Part shown: in pieces, positions 51,707 through 61,893 of the stretch | Numbering within the stretch: position 1 is the stretch's first letter | Layout of the letters: each line of letters starts with the position of its first letter | DNA from: Aeromicrobium sp. | GTDB taxonomy: Bacteria > Actinomycetota > Actinomycetes > Propionibacteriales > Nocardioidaceae | DNA: 64,000 nt | NCBI RefSeq assembly: GCF_014378035.1 | Contig: NZ_JACMOM010000320.1 | Coordinates: 1,495-65,494, forward strand | Direction of reading: 5' to 3' | Notes under the pieces: model-generated | Seen by the model: the letters and a program-made list of their open reading frames with translations, nothing else | What the model was told of the DNA's origin: nothing | Database searches by the model: none | Translations under genes and position numbers: made by a program

Positions 51707-52693
51707 CTATGCAACGTGGGGGTCGATGCCGACGGCGGCGCAGCACTGCTCCCACACGCTGCGGCGCGCGGCGGGGTCGTCGTGCTGCCAGGGGAGGTAC
51801 GACGCGTCGCGGGGACGACGGTCGCACCAGAATCGGCCGGTCCCCAGGGCCGCGCGATCGGCAGCGGTGAGCCAGGCGATGGTGTCGGCGCCGTCCTCCG
51901 CGGTGCGCAGGATCGGGCCGACGACCTTCGAGAAGCTGGGCATCGAGTCGGTGATGCCGGGGGTGTCGGCCCAGCCGGGGTGCATGCTGTGCGCCGCGAT
52001 GCCGTCTGAGGCATAGCGTTCGGCGAGCAGCTCGGCCATCGTCACCTGGAGGCGCTTGGTTCGGGCGTAGGCGCGGATGCCCTCGTACCGCCCATACCGG
52101 TACTCGAGGTCGTCGCTGATCGACGCGTTGAGCGGTGCGCTGTACATCCCGCCCGACGACACGATGACCACTCGCGGTGACTCGGAGGCGGCGAGCGCCG
52201 GCCGCATCTCCTCGGTGAGCAGCAACGGTCCGAGCACATGGGTCGCCAGCGCCAGCTCGTGACCCTGCGCGGACTCCGACCTCTCCGGAGGCATGACTCC
52301 GGCATCATGCACGATCGCGTGCAGGGCGCCGAGCCTGCCGCGAAGCTCAGCGGCGTAGGTCCGCACGGCGTCGAGGTCACTGACGTCACAGACCTCCTCG
52401 AGCAGCTCAGCATCGGGCACGGCACGTCGGATCGCTTCGGCCGACTCGGTGAGCCTCGAAGCCGTGCGCCCCACGAGGTGCACCGTCGCGCCGTAGCGAG
52501 CGATACCCGTCGCCGCGGCCTGTCCCAGACCTCCGCTGGCCCCGGTGACGACGACATGGCGACCGGTCAACGAGCCGACGGGCGGGTCGGCGGGCCACCA
52601 CCGGCGACGCACTGCCGGACCGATCGATGAGTATCCGAGCAGCACCGACTTGTCGAGCAGGGCGTCGAGCGCAGACGTGAAGGGAGAGGGCAT
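51707..52693 (-). CDS. Short-chain dehydrogenase/reductase (DHRS12-like)
   Basis: VTGASGGLG, VSSGGMY, YARTK (YxxxK), MHPGWADTPG. Confidence 0.9.
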   Translation of the reverse strand: MPSPFTSALDALLDKSVLLGYSSIGPAVRRRWWPADPPVGSLTGRHVVVTGASGGLGQAAATGIARYGATVHLVGRTASRLTESAEAIRRAVPDAELLEEVCDVSDLDAVRTYAAELRGRLGALHAIVHDAGVMPPERSESAQGHELALATHVLGPLLLTEEMRPALAASESPRVVIVSSGGMYSAPLNASISDDLEYRYGRYEGIRAYARTKRLQVTMAELLAERYASDGIAAHSMHPGWADTPGITDSMPSFSKVVGPILRTAEDGADTIAWLTAADRAALGTGRFWCDRRPRDASYLPWQHDDPAARRSVWEQCCAAVGIDPHVA

Positions 52694-52803
52694 GTGTCCA
52701 CGATATGGCTGCACGGCCGTGGCCGCCGGGCTCGGACATGTGACGTCATCAGCGTCAAGACCCCGGGGACGCCGATCGGTGGTGATGACCCACGAGGGGC
52801 AGG

Positions 52804-53457
52804 CTAGAGGAGACCGGCCTGGTGCATCGTGATCGCGACCTGCACCCGGTTGGTCGCGTCGAGCTTGGTGAAGATGTGGGAGATGTGTGCCTTGACGGTG
52901 GCGACGCTCAGGTGCAGGGCAGTGGCGATCTCGGCGTTGGACGAGCCGCGCCCGATCGCGACGGCCACCCCCTTCTCCCGCTCCGTCAGGCACGAGAGCC
53001 TGGCCAGAGCCTCCCCGGCCCGGTGGTCGGGTGCAGCATCGGTGACCTGGCGGATGAGCTGCACCGTGATCGTGGGGGAGAGCATCGGCTCGCCCGCGGC
53101 CACCTTGCCGACGGCGGCGACGATGTCGGACGGAGGTGTGTCCTTGAGCAGGAAGCCCGTGGCACCGGCAGCCAGGGCCCGCACGACGTACTCGTCGGCA
53201 TCGAAGGTCGTCAGGACGATGACCTTGGGCGCACCGTCGAGGCTCCGTACCAGTGACGTGGCCTCGATGCCGTCCATGACCGGCATGCGGATGTCCATCA
53301 GCACGACGTCGATGCCGCCCGCCTTGACAGCGTCGAGAGCCTGCTGCCCGTTGGCCGCCTCGCCAACCACGGTGATGGCGTCCGACCCGCCGAGCATCAG
53401 GGCCAGGCCCGCACGCACGAGGGCGTCATCATCGGCCAGCAGCACGCGCACCGTCAT
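52804..53457 (-). CDS. NarL/LuxR family response regulator
   Basis: VLLADDD, VLMDIRMP, LTTFD, GFLLKD, LuxR HTH SNAEIA..LHLSVATVKAH. Confidence 0.94.
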   Translation of the reverse strand: MTVRVLLADDDALVRAGLALMLGGSDAITVVGEAANGQQALDAVKAGGIDVVLMDIRMPVMDGIEATSLVRSLDGAPKVIVLTTFDADEYVVRALAAGATGFLLKDTPPSDIVAAVGKVAAGEPMLSPTITVQLIRQVTDAAPDHRAGEALARLSCLTEREKGVAVAIGRGSSNAEIATALHLSVATVKAHISHIFTKLDATNRVQVAITMHQAGLL

Positions 53458-54611
53458 GAGGGCCACGGTAGCCAGGCGCGCAGGACGAACTCGCGGTCGG
53501 CCGACACAAGGTGTGACATGCGCCCGCCGGCCAAGGTCGTGCGCTCGGTGAGGCCGATCAGTCCGAGGCCCGAGGCAGGGGCACCCGTCATCGCCGAGCC
53601 GATGCGCAACGGGTTGCGCACCTCGACGGTCAGGCCGTCTGCGGGTCCGCCATCGAGGTTGACGGTGACGCGGGTGTCGGGCGCATGCTTGCGGGCGTTG
53701 GTCAGACCCTCCTGAACGACGCGGTAAAGGGTGCGCCCGAGCATCTCGGGCACGTCGTCGAGCACGAAACCCCGCTCGGTCTCGATGCGCATGCCAGATC
53801 GGCCGGCCTCCAGTATCAGGTCGGGCAGGTCCTCGGCCGAGGGCTGGGGAAGCTCGGGAGCGGCATCGCCGGGCTCCTCGCGCAGGATGCCGAGCACCGC
53901 ACGCAGCTCGACGAGGGCCTGGTGCGAGTTCTCCTGGATGATGGCGGCAGTGTCTCGCATCTGTTCGGCGTCGAGGTCTCGGCGAAACGTCAGGGCACCG
54001 GCGTGCATCGTGACGAGCGAGATGCGGTGGGCGAGGACGTCATGCATCTCCCGTGCGATGCGGGCGCGCTCGTTCGTCCGAGCCTGGGTGGCGCGCGCCA
54101 CCTGGTCGGCTTCGGCGGAGTCGGCCCGTTCGCGCAGGGTTTTGAGCAGCTCGCGGCGGGAGCCGATGTAGAGGCCCCAGCCCACCGTGACAGCGATGGC
54201 CGCGACGATGACCGGCCCGGTGATGAATGCCGGATCGTTGTTTCCCTTGTTGAGCCACTCCATGACGATGGCGCTGGCGAAAGTCACGACGGTGACCGGC
54301 AGTATCTCGCGCCACCGCCGCCTCGTGGCCATCGACACCAGCGCGAGGGTTGCGGGTCCCGCCGCTGTTCCTGAGACGGCGGACGCCATCGCCGTGATCA
54401 AGGCGACAGCCACGGGGAACCTGCGCCGCCACCACACCAGCACCAGGCTGGCCGCGCCCACGGACAGGTCGATCGCGAGCCACACGTGGTTGTGCTTCCA
54501 CTGGTACTCGGCCATGGGAGCCCACGCGAAGCCCGAGATGACAATGACTACGCCAAGGCGCCAGACCTGGCTCCAGCGGGAGAGCCGGGGTTGGTAGTCG
54601 ATGTCCTGCAC
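53454..54611 (-). CDS. Membrane sensor histidine kinase (HisKA_3)
   Basis: N-terminal TM segments, ERARIAREMHDVLAH, YRVVQEGLTNARKHA, GLGLIGL. Confidence 0.93.
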   Translation of the reverse strand: MQDIDYQPRLSRWSQVWRLGVVIVISGFAWAPMAEYQWKHNHVWLAIDLSVGAASLVLVWWRRRFPVAVALITAMASAVSGTAAGPATLALVSMATRRRWREILPVTVVTFASAIVMEWLNKGNNDPAFITGPVIVAAIAVTVGWGLYIGSRRELLKTLRERADSAEADQVARATQARTNERARIAREMHDVLAHRISLVTMHAGALTFRRDLDAEQMRDTAAIIQENSHQALVELRAVLGILREEPGDAAPELPQPSAEDLPDLILEAGRSGMRIETERGFVLDDVPEMLGRTLYRVVQEGLTNARKHAPDTRVTVNLDGGPADGLTVEVRNPLRIGSAMTGAPASGLGLIGLTERTTLAGGRMSHLVSADREFVLRAWLPWPS

Positions 54612-54740
54612 GAGCCAAGGCTAGGGCGAAGGTGGCTGCTGGACGACGGCCGAGTGGCTACGGCCTCTCATACTTTCGGCTGACACACAATGGTCACCGG
54701 ACCGATGCACGAGGCGTCCGGGGCAAGGCAGACTGGCGGC

Positions 54741-55655
54741 ATGATCACAGTTGAAGGACTCACCAAGACGTACGGTGGCGACAAAGCCGTCGACAATGTC
54801 TCATTCGAGTGCCGACCGGGAGCCGTCACCGGCTTCCTCGGGCCCAACGGTGCCGGCAAGTCGACCACGATGCGCATCATCGCCGGACTGACGCCCGCAA
54901 CGTCCGGCGACGCTCGCGTCGGCGGCGTCCACTACCAGGACATCCCGAACCCCGGCACGCAGATCGGCGTCCTGCTGGACGCCTCCGCACAGCACGCCGG
55001 ACGAACAGGGCGTGAGATCCTGACCCTCAGTGCGTTGACGATGGGCCTCCCGATGTCACGGGTCGACGAGATGCTCAAGGTCGTCAGCCTGACGCCCCAG
55101 GAGTCCAAGCGCCGCGTGCGTAACTACTCACTCGGCATGCGGCAGCGCCTAGGTATCGCGAACGCCCTGCTCGGCGACCCGAAGATCTTGGTCCTGGACG
55201 AGCCCGCCAACGGCCTCGATCCGGCCGGCATCCACTGGATGCGCCTCCTGCTCCGCGAGTACGCCAACCGCGGTGGCACCGTGCTGCTCTCGTCGCACCT
55301 GCTGCACGAGATCGAGGTCATTGCTGATGAGATCATCGTCATCGGTGAGGGACGCATCGTGGCCGAGGGCACGAAGGCTGATCTGCTGCAGACGGCAGGG
55401 ACGTTCGTCAGGGCGGGCGATGCGTCGGCCCTGGCCAATGCCCTGACCGCAGCGGGCCTCACGGCCGCGCCGTCCGGCGACGGCGGAATGCGCACCGAGT
55501 CGACACCCGAAGAGGTCGGCGGACTCACCGCCGCTGCCGGAGTCGCCCTCATTGAGCTGCGACCCGCCGAGGGCGCAGGCCTCGAAGAGATGTTCCTCGA
55601 GCTCACCGCTGGCACCCAACGTGAACGCACCATCCCCGAAGGAGTCTCGGCATGA
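54741..55655 (+). CDS. ABC-2 type transporter ATP-binding protein
   Basis: GPNGAGKSTT, YSLGMRQRLG, LDEPANGLDP, SSHLL. Confidence 0.93.
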   Translation: MITVEGLTKTYGGDKAVDNVSFECRPGAVTGFLGPNGAGKSTTMRIIAGLTPATSGDARVGGVHYQDIPNPGTQIGVLLDASAQHAGRTGREILTLSALTMGLPMSRVDEMLKVVSLTPQESKRRVRNYSLGMRQRLGIANALLGDPKILVLDEPANGLDPAGIHWMRLLLREYANRGGTVLLSSHLLHEIEVIADEIIVIGEGRIVAEGTKADLLQTAGTFVRAGDASALANALTAAGLTAAPSGDGGMRTESTPEEVGGLTAAAGVALIELRPAEGAGLEEMFLELTAGTQRERTIPEGVSA

Positions 55656-56440
55656 GCACCACTGCGATCGCCACGATCGACACCACCAAAGACCCGATCC
55701 CGCTCCTGCGGGTGGTCAAGGTCGAGCTTCGAAAGATGTTCGACACCCGGTCCGGAGCATGGCTCATGGCCAGCATCGGCATCGTCGCCCTGATCGCGAC
55801 GGTCGGCGTCATCCTGATCGCCAACGACTCCGACCTCGGCTTCGGGCTGTTCGGCGCGGCGGTCGGCTTCCCGATGACGATCCTGTTGCCCATCGTCGCG
55901 ATCCTGTCCGTGACGGGCGAGTGGAGTCAGCGGACGGGTCTGATCACGTTCACCCTGCTCCCGCACCGGGGGCAGGTCATCGTGGCCAAGGCCATCGCCG
56001 CCGTCCTCGTGGCGATCGTCTCGATGCTGCTGGCCTTCGCGATCGGCGCACTGGGCAACATCATCGGTTCGGCCATCGCCGGAGTCGATGCGGTGTGGGA
56101 CATGAAGGTGTCCGACATGCTGCTGATCATCCTGGGGAACATCTTCGGGCTGCTGGTCGGATTCATGCTCGGCGTGCTGATCAGGAACTCCGCCGGTGCG
56201 ATCGTGGCCTACTTCGTCTACTCGTTCGTCCTGCCGTCGATCTTTGCGGTCCTCGCAGGGTTCCAGGACTGGTTCCAGAACCTGCGGCCCTGGATCGACT
56301 TCAACTTCTCGCAGACGCCGTTGTTCGACGGTGGGCCCAGCGGCGAGGAGTGGGCCCATCTCGGCACGTCCGGGCTGATCTGGTTCGTGATCCCGCTCGC
56401 CCTGGGTGTGTGGGCAGTGCTGAGGTCAGAGGTCAAGTAA
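55652..56440 (+). CDS. ABC-2 type transporter permease
   Basis: About six TM segments, [19 protein letters not shown]; ATGA overlap. Confidence 0.88.
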   Translation: MSTTAIATIDTTKDPIPLLRVVKVELRKMFDTRSGAWLMASIGIVALIATVGVILIANDSDLGFGLFGAAVGFPMTILLPIVAILSVTGEWSQRTGLITFTLLPHRGQVIVAKAIAAVLVAIVSMLLAFAIGALGNIIGSAIAGVDAVWDMKVSDMLLIILGNIFGLLVGFMLGVLIRNSAGAIVAYFVYSFVLPSIFAVLAGFQDWFQNLRPWIDFNFSQTPLFDGGPSGEEWAHLGTSGLIWFVIPLALGVWAVLRSEVK

Positions 56441-56508
56441 AGGCTTCCCGGGGGACGCAGGGCGGTGCGACAGAACATCACGTCGTTCGCGTGGACCGGG
56501 TCGAAACA

Positions 56509-56540
56509 CAGGATGGCGGCACCTCGGTGCCGCCATCCTG
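56509..56540. terminator. Perfect GC-rich hairpin downstream of the ABC-2 operon
   Basis: CAGGATGGCGGCAC-CTCG-GTGCCGCCATCCTG, 14-bp perfect stem; no U tail. Confidence 0.7.
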
Positions 56541-56597
56541 CACGTTCAAGGCGGAGATCAAGTAGGCCCTCGACGCGGGATGCGGGACAATGTCCAC

Positions 56598-57800
56598 ATG
56601 CGCAAGCGAGTGGCCATTCTCGGCTCGACGGGCTCGATCGGCACACAGGCCCTCGAGGTCATTGCTGCCAACCCCGATCGGTTCGAGGTCGTCGCCCTCG
56701 CCGCCGGTGGCAGCAACCCGGCGCTCCTGGCGCAGCAGGCCATCGAGTTCGACGTGCCGCTGGTCGCCGTCGCTCGGGCCAGCGCCGCAGAGGACGTGCA
56801 GCTCGCGCTGTATGCGGAGGCCCAGAAGCACGGATACGCCCACGGTGACCACCGCGTGCCCCGGCTGCTCGCCGGGCCCGCCGCCGCGACGCAGGTCGCG
56901 CGCACCGAGTGCGATGTCGTGCTCAACGGCATGGCTGGCGCGGACGGCCTGCTGCCCACGCTCGCCGCACTCGACGCCGGGGTGACGCTGGCGCTGGCCA
57001 ACAAGGAGTCCCTGATCATCGGTGGCGAGCTCGTGACCGGCGCGGCCAAGCCGGGCCAGCTCGTCCCGGTCGACTCCGAGCACTCGGCCCTCGCCCAGGC
57101 CATGCGCGGCGAGCGTCGCGAGGACGTCCGCCGGCTCATCGTCACCGCGAGCGGCGGTCCGTTCCGTGGACGCACGCGGGCCGAGCTCGCCGATGTCACG
57201 CCCGAGCAGGCGATGGCGCACCCGACGTGGGATATGGGGCCGGTCATCACCATCAACTCCGCGACCCTCATCAACAAGGGGCTCGAGGTCATCGAGGCCA
57301 ACCTGTTGTTCGACATCGGCTTCGATCGCATCGACGTCGTGGTGCACCCGACGTCGATCGTCCACTCGATGGTCGAGTTCACCGACGGGGCCACGATGGT
57401 GCAGGCCTCGCCGCCGGACATGAAGCTGCCCATCGCGCTCGGCTTGTCGTGGCCCGACCGCGTCCCCGCCGCCGCCGCAGGGTGCGACTGGACCCGTCCC
57501 GCCACGTGGGAGTTCTTTCCCCTCGACAACGAGGCGTTTCCGGCCGTCATGCTCGCGCGGAGGGCAGGCACCTTCGGTCGGACGGGCCCCGCGGTGCTCA
57601 ACGCCGCCAACGAGGTGTGCGTCAGGGCGTTCGTCGACAGCGATTTGGACTTCCTCGGCATTGTTGACCTGGTGGGAGCTGTCCTCGAGGAGCACCTCGC
57701 AGACCCGGACGTCGCCCGCCAAGAGATGACTCTCGAAGGCGTCCTCGACGCCGATGCATGGGCCCGGACCCGGGCCGCGGAGCTGGTGGAGCAACGATGA
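56598..57800 (+). CDS. dxr: 1-deoxy-D-xylulose 5-phosphate reductoisomerase
   Basis: [51 protein letters not shown]. Confidence 0.97.
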   Translation: MRKRVAILGSTGSIGTQALEVIAANPDRFEVVALAAGGSNPALLAQQAIEFDVPLVAVARASAAEDVQLALYAEAQKHGYAHGDHRVPRLLAGPAAATQVARTECDVVLNGMAGADGLLPTLAALDAGVTLALANKESLIIGGELVTGAAKPGQLVPVDSEHSALAQAMRGERREDVRRLIVTASGGPFRGRTRAELADVTPEQAMAHPTWDMGPVITINSATLINKGLEVIEANLLFDIGFDRIDVVVHPTSIVHSMVEFTDGATMVQASPPDMKLPIALGLSWPDRVPAAAAGCDWTRPATWEFFPLDNEAFPAVMLARRAGTFGRTGPAVLNAANEVCVRAFVDSDLDFLGIVDLVGAVLEEHLADPDVARQEMTLEGVLDADAWARTRAAELVEQR

Positions 57801-59095
57801 ACGCCCTGATCTACACCCTTGGTGTCGTGGTCTTCGTGCTCGGCGTCGTCGTCTCGATCGCCCTGCACGAGCTCGGCCACATGATCCCTGCCAAGAAGTT
57901 CGGCATCAAGGTGACCCAGTACTTCGTCGGCTTCGGCAACACGGTCTGGTCGACCAAGCGCGGCGAGACTGAGTACGGCATCAAGTCCATCCCGCTCGGC
58001 GGCTACGTCAAGCTCGTCGGCATGCTTCCACCGGACCGCGATGCCGACCCGCACGAGGTCCGCAGGACCAACACCGGCATGTTCACGCAGCTCATCTCCG
58101 ACGCGCGCAACGCCGAGTACGAGCACGTCGACGACAACGACCTCGACCGACTCTTCTACCGCAAGCCGTGGTGGCAGAAGCTCATCGTCATGGCCGGCGG
58201 CCCCATGGTCAACATCGTCATCGCGATATTTCTCTTCGCCATCGTCTTCATGGGCTTTGGGGCGCTCACCCCGTCGACCACGGTGCAGTCGGTGTCCGAC
58301 TGCGCCATCAGCGACGCGCAGGCCGGGCGCACCTGCACCGCCGACGACCCTGTGACTCCCGCCAAGACGGCTGGCCTCGCCGCCGGCGACAAGATCACGA
58401 CGTTCAACGGAACGACCATCAGGGAGTGGGACCAGCTCACCGCCCTCATCCGTGCCAACGGCAGCGGCGAGGCCACCATCGGCTTCACCCGCGGCGGCCG
58501 GGCCCAGGAGCGCACCGTCGCGACGTCCGTGCTCGCGCGCACCGACGTCAACGACCCCACCAAGACCGTCGACGTCGGGTTCCTCGGCGTCTCACCCACC
58601 CAGTCGTACGTACGTCAGGGCCCGGGGTACGTCGCCACCGTCATGGGTCAGTACGTCAAGGGCACCGCCGAGGCGATCGTGCACCTGCCGCAGCGCATGG
58701 TCGAGGTCACCAAGGCAGCATTCGGCGCCGAGCGTCCGGCCGACGGCCCGATCAGCGTCGTCGGGGCGAGCCGGGTCGCGGGGGAGTCCTTCACCATCAA
58801 CGATCCGAGCTGGAGCGAACGGGCGCAGCGGGTGCTCGTGCTCCTGGCCGGCCTCAACCTGTTCCTGGCGATGTTCAACTTCATTCCGCTGCTTCCCCTC
58901 GACGGCGGTCACATCGCGGGCGCGCTCTGGGAGGCGGTCCGCAGGGGCATTGCGAAGGTCCGCGGCCGGCCCGATCCCGGCTACGTCGACGTCGCCAAGA
59001 TGTTGCCCGTCGCCTACGGCGTGGGTGCCCTCCTTATGCTGATGAGTGTGATCCTGATATACGCCGACATCGTCAACCCGGTCAAGCTGACATGA
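57797..59095 (+). CDS. rseP: Site-2 zinc metalloprotease RseP/Rip1 (M50, PDZ)
   Basis: [26 protein letters not shown]; lies between dxr and ispG. Confidence 0.94.
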   Translation: MNALIYTLGVVVFVLGVVVSIALHELGHMIPAKKFGIKVTQYFVGFGNTVWSTKRGETEYGIKSIPLGGYVKLVGMLPPDRDADPHEVRRTNTGMFTQLISDARNAEYEHVDDNDLDRLFYRKPWWQKLIVMAGGPMVNIVIAIFLFAIVFMGFGALTPSTTVQSVSDCAISDAQAGRTCTADDPVTPAKTAGLAAGDKITTFNGTTIREWDQLTALIRANGSGEATIGFTRGGRAQERTVATSVLARTDVNDPTKTVDVGFLGVSPTQSYVRQGPGYVATVMGQYVKGTAEAIVHLPQRMVEVTKAAFGAERPADGPISVVGASRVAGESFTINDPSWSERAQRVLVLLAGLNLFLAMFNFIPLLPLDGGHIAGALWEAVRRGIAKVRGRPDPGYVDVAKMLPVAYGVGALLMLMSVILIYADIVNPVKLT

Positions 59096-60252
59096 CCGAC
59101 CCGAGCATGGTCGACCTCGGGCTCCCGGCGATGCCGCCGCCCGTCCTCGCTCCACGGCGCAAGACCCGCAAAATCAAAGTGGGCAAGATCGACGTGGGTG
59201 GCGATGCCCCGGTGTCGGTCCAGTCGATGACGACGACGTTGACCTCCGACGTCAACACGACGCTCCAGCAGATTGCCGAGCTGACGGCCGCTGGCTGCGA
59301 CATCGTGCGCGTGGCCTGCCCCAGCCAGGACGACGCCGACGCCCTCAAGGAGATCGCCGAGCACTCACAGCTGCCGGTCATCGCCGACATCCACTTCCAG
59401 CCCAAATACGTGTTCGCGGCCATCGATGCCGGCTGCGCGGCGGTCCGGGTCAACCCCGGCAACATCCGCAAGTTCGACGACCAGGTCAAGGAGATCGCCA
59501 GGGCCGCCAAGGACCGCGGTACCTCGATCCGGATCGGCGTCAACGCCGGCTCGCTCGTCAAGCGCATCTTCGACAAGTACGGCAAGGCCACGCCCGAGGC
59601 GCTCGTCGAGTCTGCGGTCTGGGAGGCGTCGTTGTTCGAGGAGCACGACTTCCACGACTTCAAGATCTCGGTCAAGCACAACGACCCCGTCGTCATGGTG
59701 CAGGCCTACGAGATGCTGTCCGAGCGTGGCGACTGGCCGCTGCACCTCGGGGTCACCGAGGCAGGCCCGGCGTTCCAGGGCACCATCAAGAGCTCGGTCG
59801 CCTTCGGATCGTTGCTCAGCAAGGGCATCGGCGACACCATCCGCGTGTCGCTGTCGGCCCCGCCGGTCGAGGAGGTCAAGGTCGGCATCCAGATCCTGCA
59901 GTCGCTCAACCTGCGTCCGCGCAAGCTCGAGATCGTGTCGTGCCCGTCGTGTGGTCGCGCGCAGGTCGATGTCTACACTCTGGCCGAGCAGGTCACGGCA
60001 GGTCTCGAGGGCCTCGAGGTTCCGCTTCGGGTCGCCGTCATGGGTTGCGTCGTCAACGGACCCGGCGAGGCCCGTGAGGCCGATCTCGGTGTGGCTTCGG
60101 GCAACGGCAAGGGCCAGATCTTCGTCAAGGGCGAGGTCATCAAGACCGTCCCCGAGTCCAAGATCGTCGAGACTCTCATCGAGGAGGCCATGCGCCTCGC
60201 CGAGGACATGGAGCCAGTCGATGGTGGCTCGGCCGCCGTCAGTGTCAGCTGA
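59092..60252 (+). CDS. ispG: HMBPP synthase
   Basis: [54 protein letters not shown]. Confidence 0.97.
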   Translation: MTDPSMVDLGLPAMPPPVLAPRRKTRKIKVGKIDVGGDAPVSVQSMTTTLTSDVNTTLQQIAELTAAGCDIVRVACPSQDDADALKEIAEHSQLPVIADIHFQPKYVFAAIDAGCAAVRVNPGNIRKFDDQVKEIARAAKDRGTSIRIGVNAGSLVKRIFDKYGKATPEALVESAVWEASLFEEHDFHDFKISVKHNDPVVMVQAYEMLSERGDWPLHLGVTEAGPAFQGTIKSSVAFGSLLSKGIGDTIRVSLSAPPVEEVKVGIQILQSLNLRPRKLEIVSCPSCGRAQVDVYTLAEQVTAGLEGLEVPLRVAVMGCVVNGPGEAREADLGVASGNGKGQIFVKGEVIKTVPESKIVETLIEEAMRLAEDMEPVDGGSAAVSVS

Positions 60253-60347
60253 ACCTCGCAGCCGGGTTCCGCGAGGGCCCATGCAGGCTCGACGGGGACA
60301 AGGCCCCCTCGGCACGTAGTCTGGTCCCACCACTCCGGGGAGGCGCT

Positions 60348-61190
60348 GTGCTCAGGACGACGACGCACCTTCGTGCGTTGACGCCGCGCGACCTTCCAGA
60401 TCTGAACCTGCTCCTCGACCGAGACCCCCTGGTCAATCTCTTCGTCCGCAACCGGGTCGACGCCACCAAGCTGCAGGCGAGATGGCTCGGCGGCCAGGTC
60501 TGGGGCTATTTCGAGGACGACGAGCTGGTGTCGGCCTGTCATGCCGGTGCCAACATCGTGCCCGTCGTGGCCACTCCGGGCGCCATCGAGGCCTTTGCGG
60601 AGCAGGCCCTCAGCGACAACATCCGGCCGTCGTCGATCGTCGGGCTGCGCGACGCCGTGCTGCCGCTGTGGAAACGTCTCGAGGCGCAGTGGGGCCCGGC
60701 CCGGTCGCCCCGGCTCGACCAGCCGTTCATGGTGCTCGACCGCGACAGCCCCGTCGAACCTGACCCCCGCGTCCGCCGGGTGATGCTCGACGAGTTCGAC
60801 ACGGTCTACCCGTCATGCGTCGCGATGTTCACCGAGGAGGTCGGTGTCGACCCGGAGGCCGGGGGCAGAAGTGGCTACCGCGCCCGAGTCGCACAGCTCA
60901 TCTCGCAGGGCTGGTCATTCGCGATCATCGAGGACGACGAGGTGCTGTTCAAGACCGAGGTGGGGGCTGCCACGACCAGCGTTTGCCAGCTGCAGGGTGT
61001 CTACGTCCGCCCGGACCTGCGAGGGCGCGGTATCGCCGCTGCGGCCATCGCCGGGGTCGTCCAGCAGGTCCGCGCCACGGTGTCGCCGGTGGTCACGCTG
61101 TACGTCAACGATCACAACGTGGCCGCCCGACGAGCGTACGAGCGGGTCGGATTCGAGCACACGGAGACATTCGCCTCGATCCTGCTCTGA
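60348..61190 (+). CDS. GNAT acetyltransferase (DUF4081/FR47-like)
   Basis: QLQGVYVRPDLRGRG, LYVNDHNVAARRAYERVGF; conserved position after ispG. Confidence 0.88.
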   Translation: MLRTTTHLRALTPRDLPDLNLLLDRDPLVNLFVRNRVDATKLQARWLGGQVWGYFEDDELVSACHAGANIVPVVATPGAIEAFAEQALSDNIRPSSIVGLRDAVLPLWKRLEAQWGPARSPRLDQPFMVLDRDSPVEPDPRVRRVMLDEFDTVYPSCVAMFTEEVGVDPEAGGRSGYRARVAQLISQGWSFAIIEDDEVLFKTEVGAATTSVCQLQGVYVRPDLRGRGIAAAAIAGVVQQVRATVSPVVTLYVNDHNVAARRAYERVGFEHTETFASILL

Positions 61191-61219
61191 CAGACGTCTG
61201 CAGAGGCAACTGTCGCCGC

Positions 61220-61345
61220 GTGATCCGGCGGCTGATCCAGACGATCGACACACGATGCCGCAGCGGCACGGTCTCGATGACCTTCGACGACGGTCCGAGC
61301 GAGGTCAACACCCCACGCTGTTGACGATCCTTCGCCACGCGCATC
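61220..61345 (+). pseudogene. Frameshifted remnant of a polysaccharide deacetylase (NodB/CE4)
   Basis: VSMTFDDGPSEVNTP (CE4 motif 1) followed, after a frameshift, by LLTILRH; the rest of the domain is absent. Confidence 0.6.
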
Positions 61346-61415
61346 ACCTTGCGGTGGCCACCACCTCGGCCGAGCCCATCGGACCGTCCCCCGGGTCCGC
61401 CGCTACGCTCGCCCC

Positions 61416-61778
61416 ATGAATCGCGACATCACCTTCCTCGCCGCGCTGTTCACGGTCTCCGGCGTGGGGCATTTCGTCAGGCCCGAGCCGTTCGAGTCGA
61501 TCGTGCCGAAGCCGCTGCCCTACAAGCGCGAGCTCGTCTACGCCTCGGGTGCCGTCGAGATCGTGTGCGCGGCGATGATGCTGCACCCCCGGACCCGGCG
61601 CCTCGGTGGTCTCGCGTCCGCCGGCCTGCTGCTGGCGGTGCTGCCGGCCAACGTGCAGATGACGGTCAGCGCGATGCGCAGCGAGAAGACTCCCGGCTGG
61701 TTCAAGGCCGGCACGGTCGCGCGACTTCCCCTGCAGCTGCCGATGATCCGCACGGCCATGAAGGCCGCTCGCACCTGA
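61416..61778 (+). CDS. DoxX-like membrane protein
   Basis: GVGHFVRPEPFESIVP, LVYASGAVE, AVLPANVQM, ARLPLQ. Confidence 0.82.
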   Translation: MNRDITFLAALFTVSGVGHFVRPEPFESIVPKPLPYKRELVYASGAVEIVCAAMMLHPRTRRLGGLASAGLLLAVLPANVQMTVSAMRSEKTPGWFKAGTVARLPLQLPMIRTAMKAART

Positions 61779-61893
61779 CCCCCACCACTGGCCACGATGT
61801 GGCGGCTGCGGCACCGAATATCGGCCGACAATGAAGAATTTCGGTGCTTTGCCCGCCACTTCTCGCGGAGTCGGCCCCTAGTAGGGTCGCGGC

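Noticed and set aside
61779-61893. T-box riboswitch upstream of proS
   Set aside because: The spacer is too short and has no T-box consensus; a -10 element 6 nt before the ATG suggests a leaderless mRNA.
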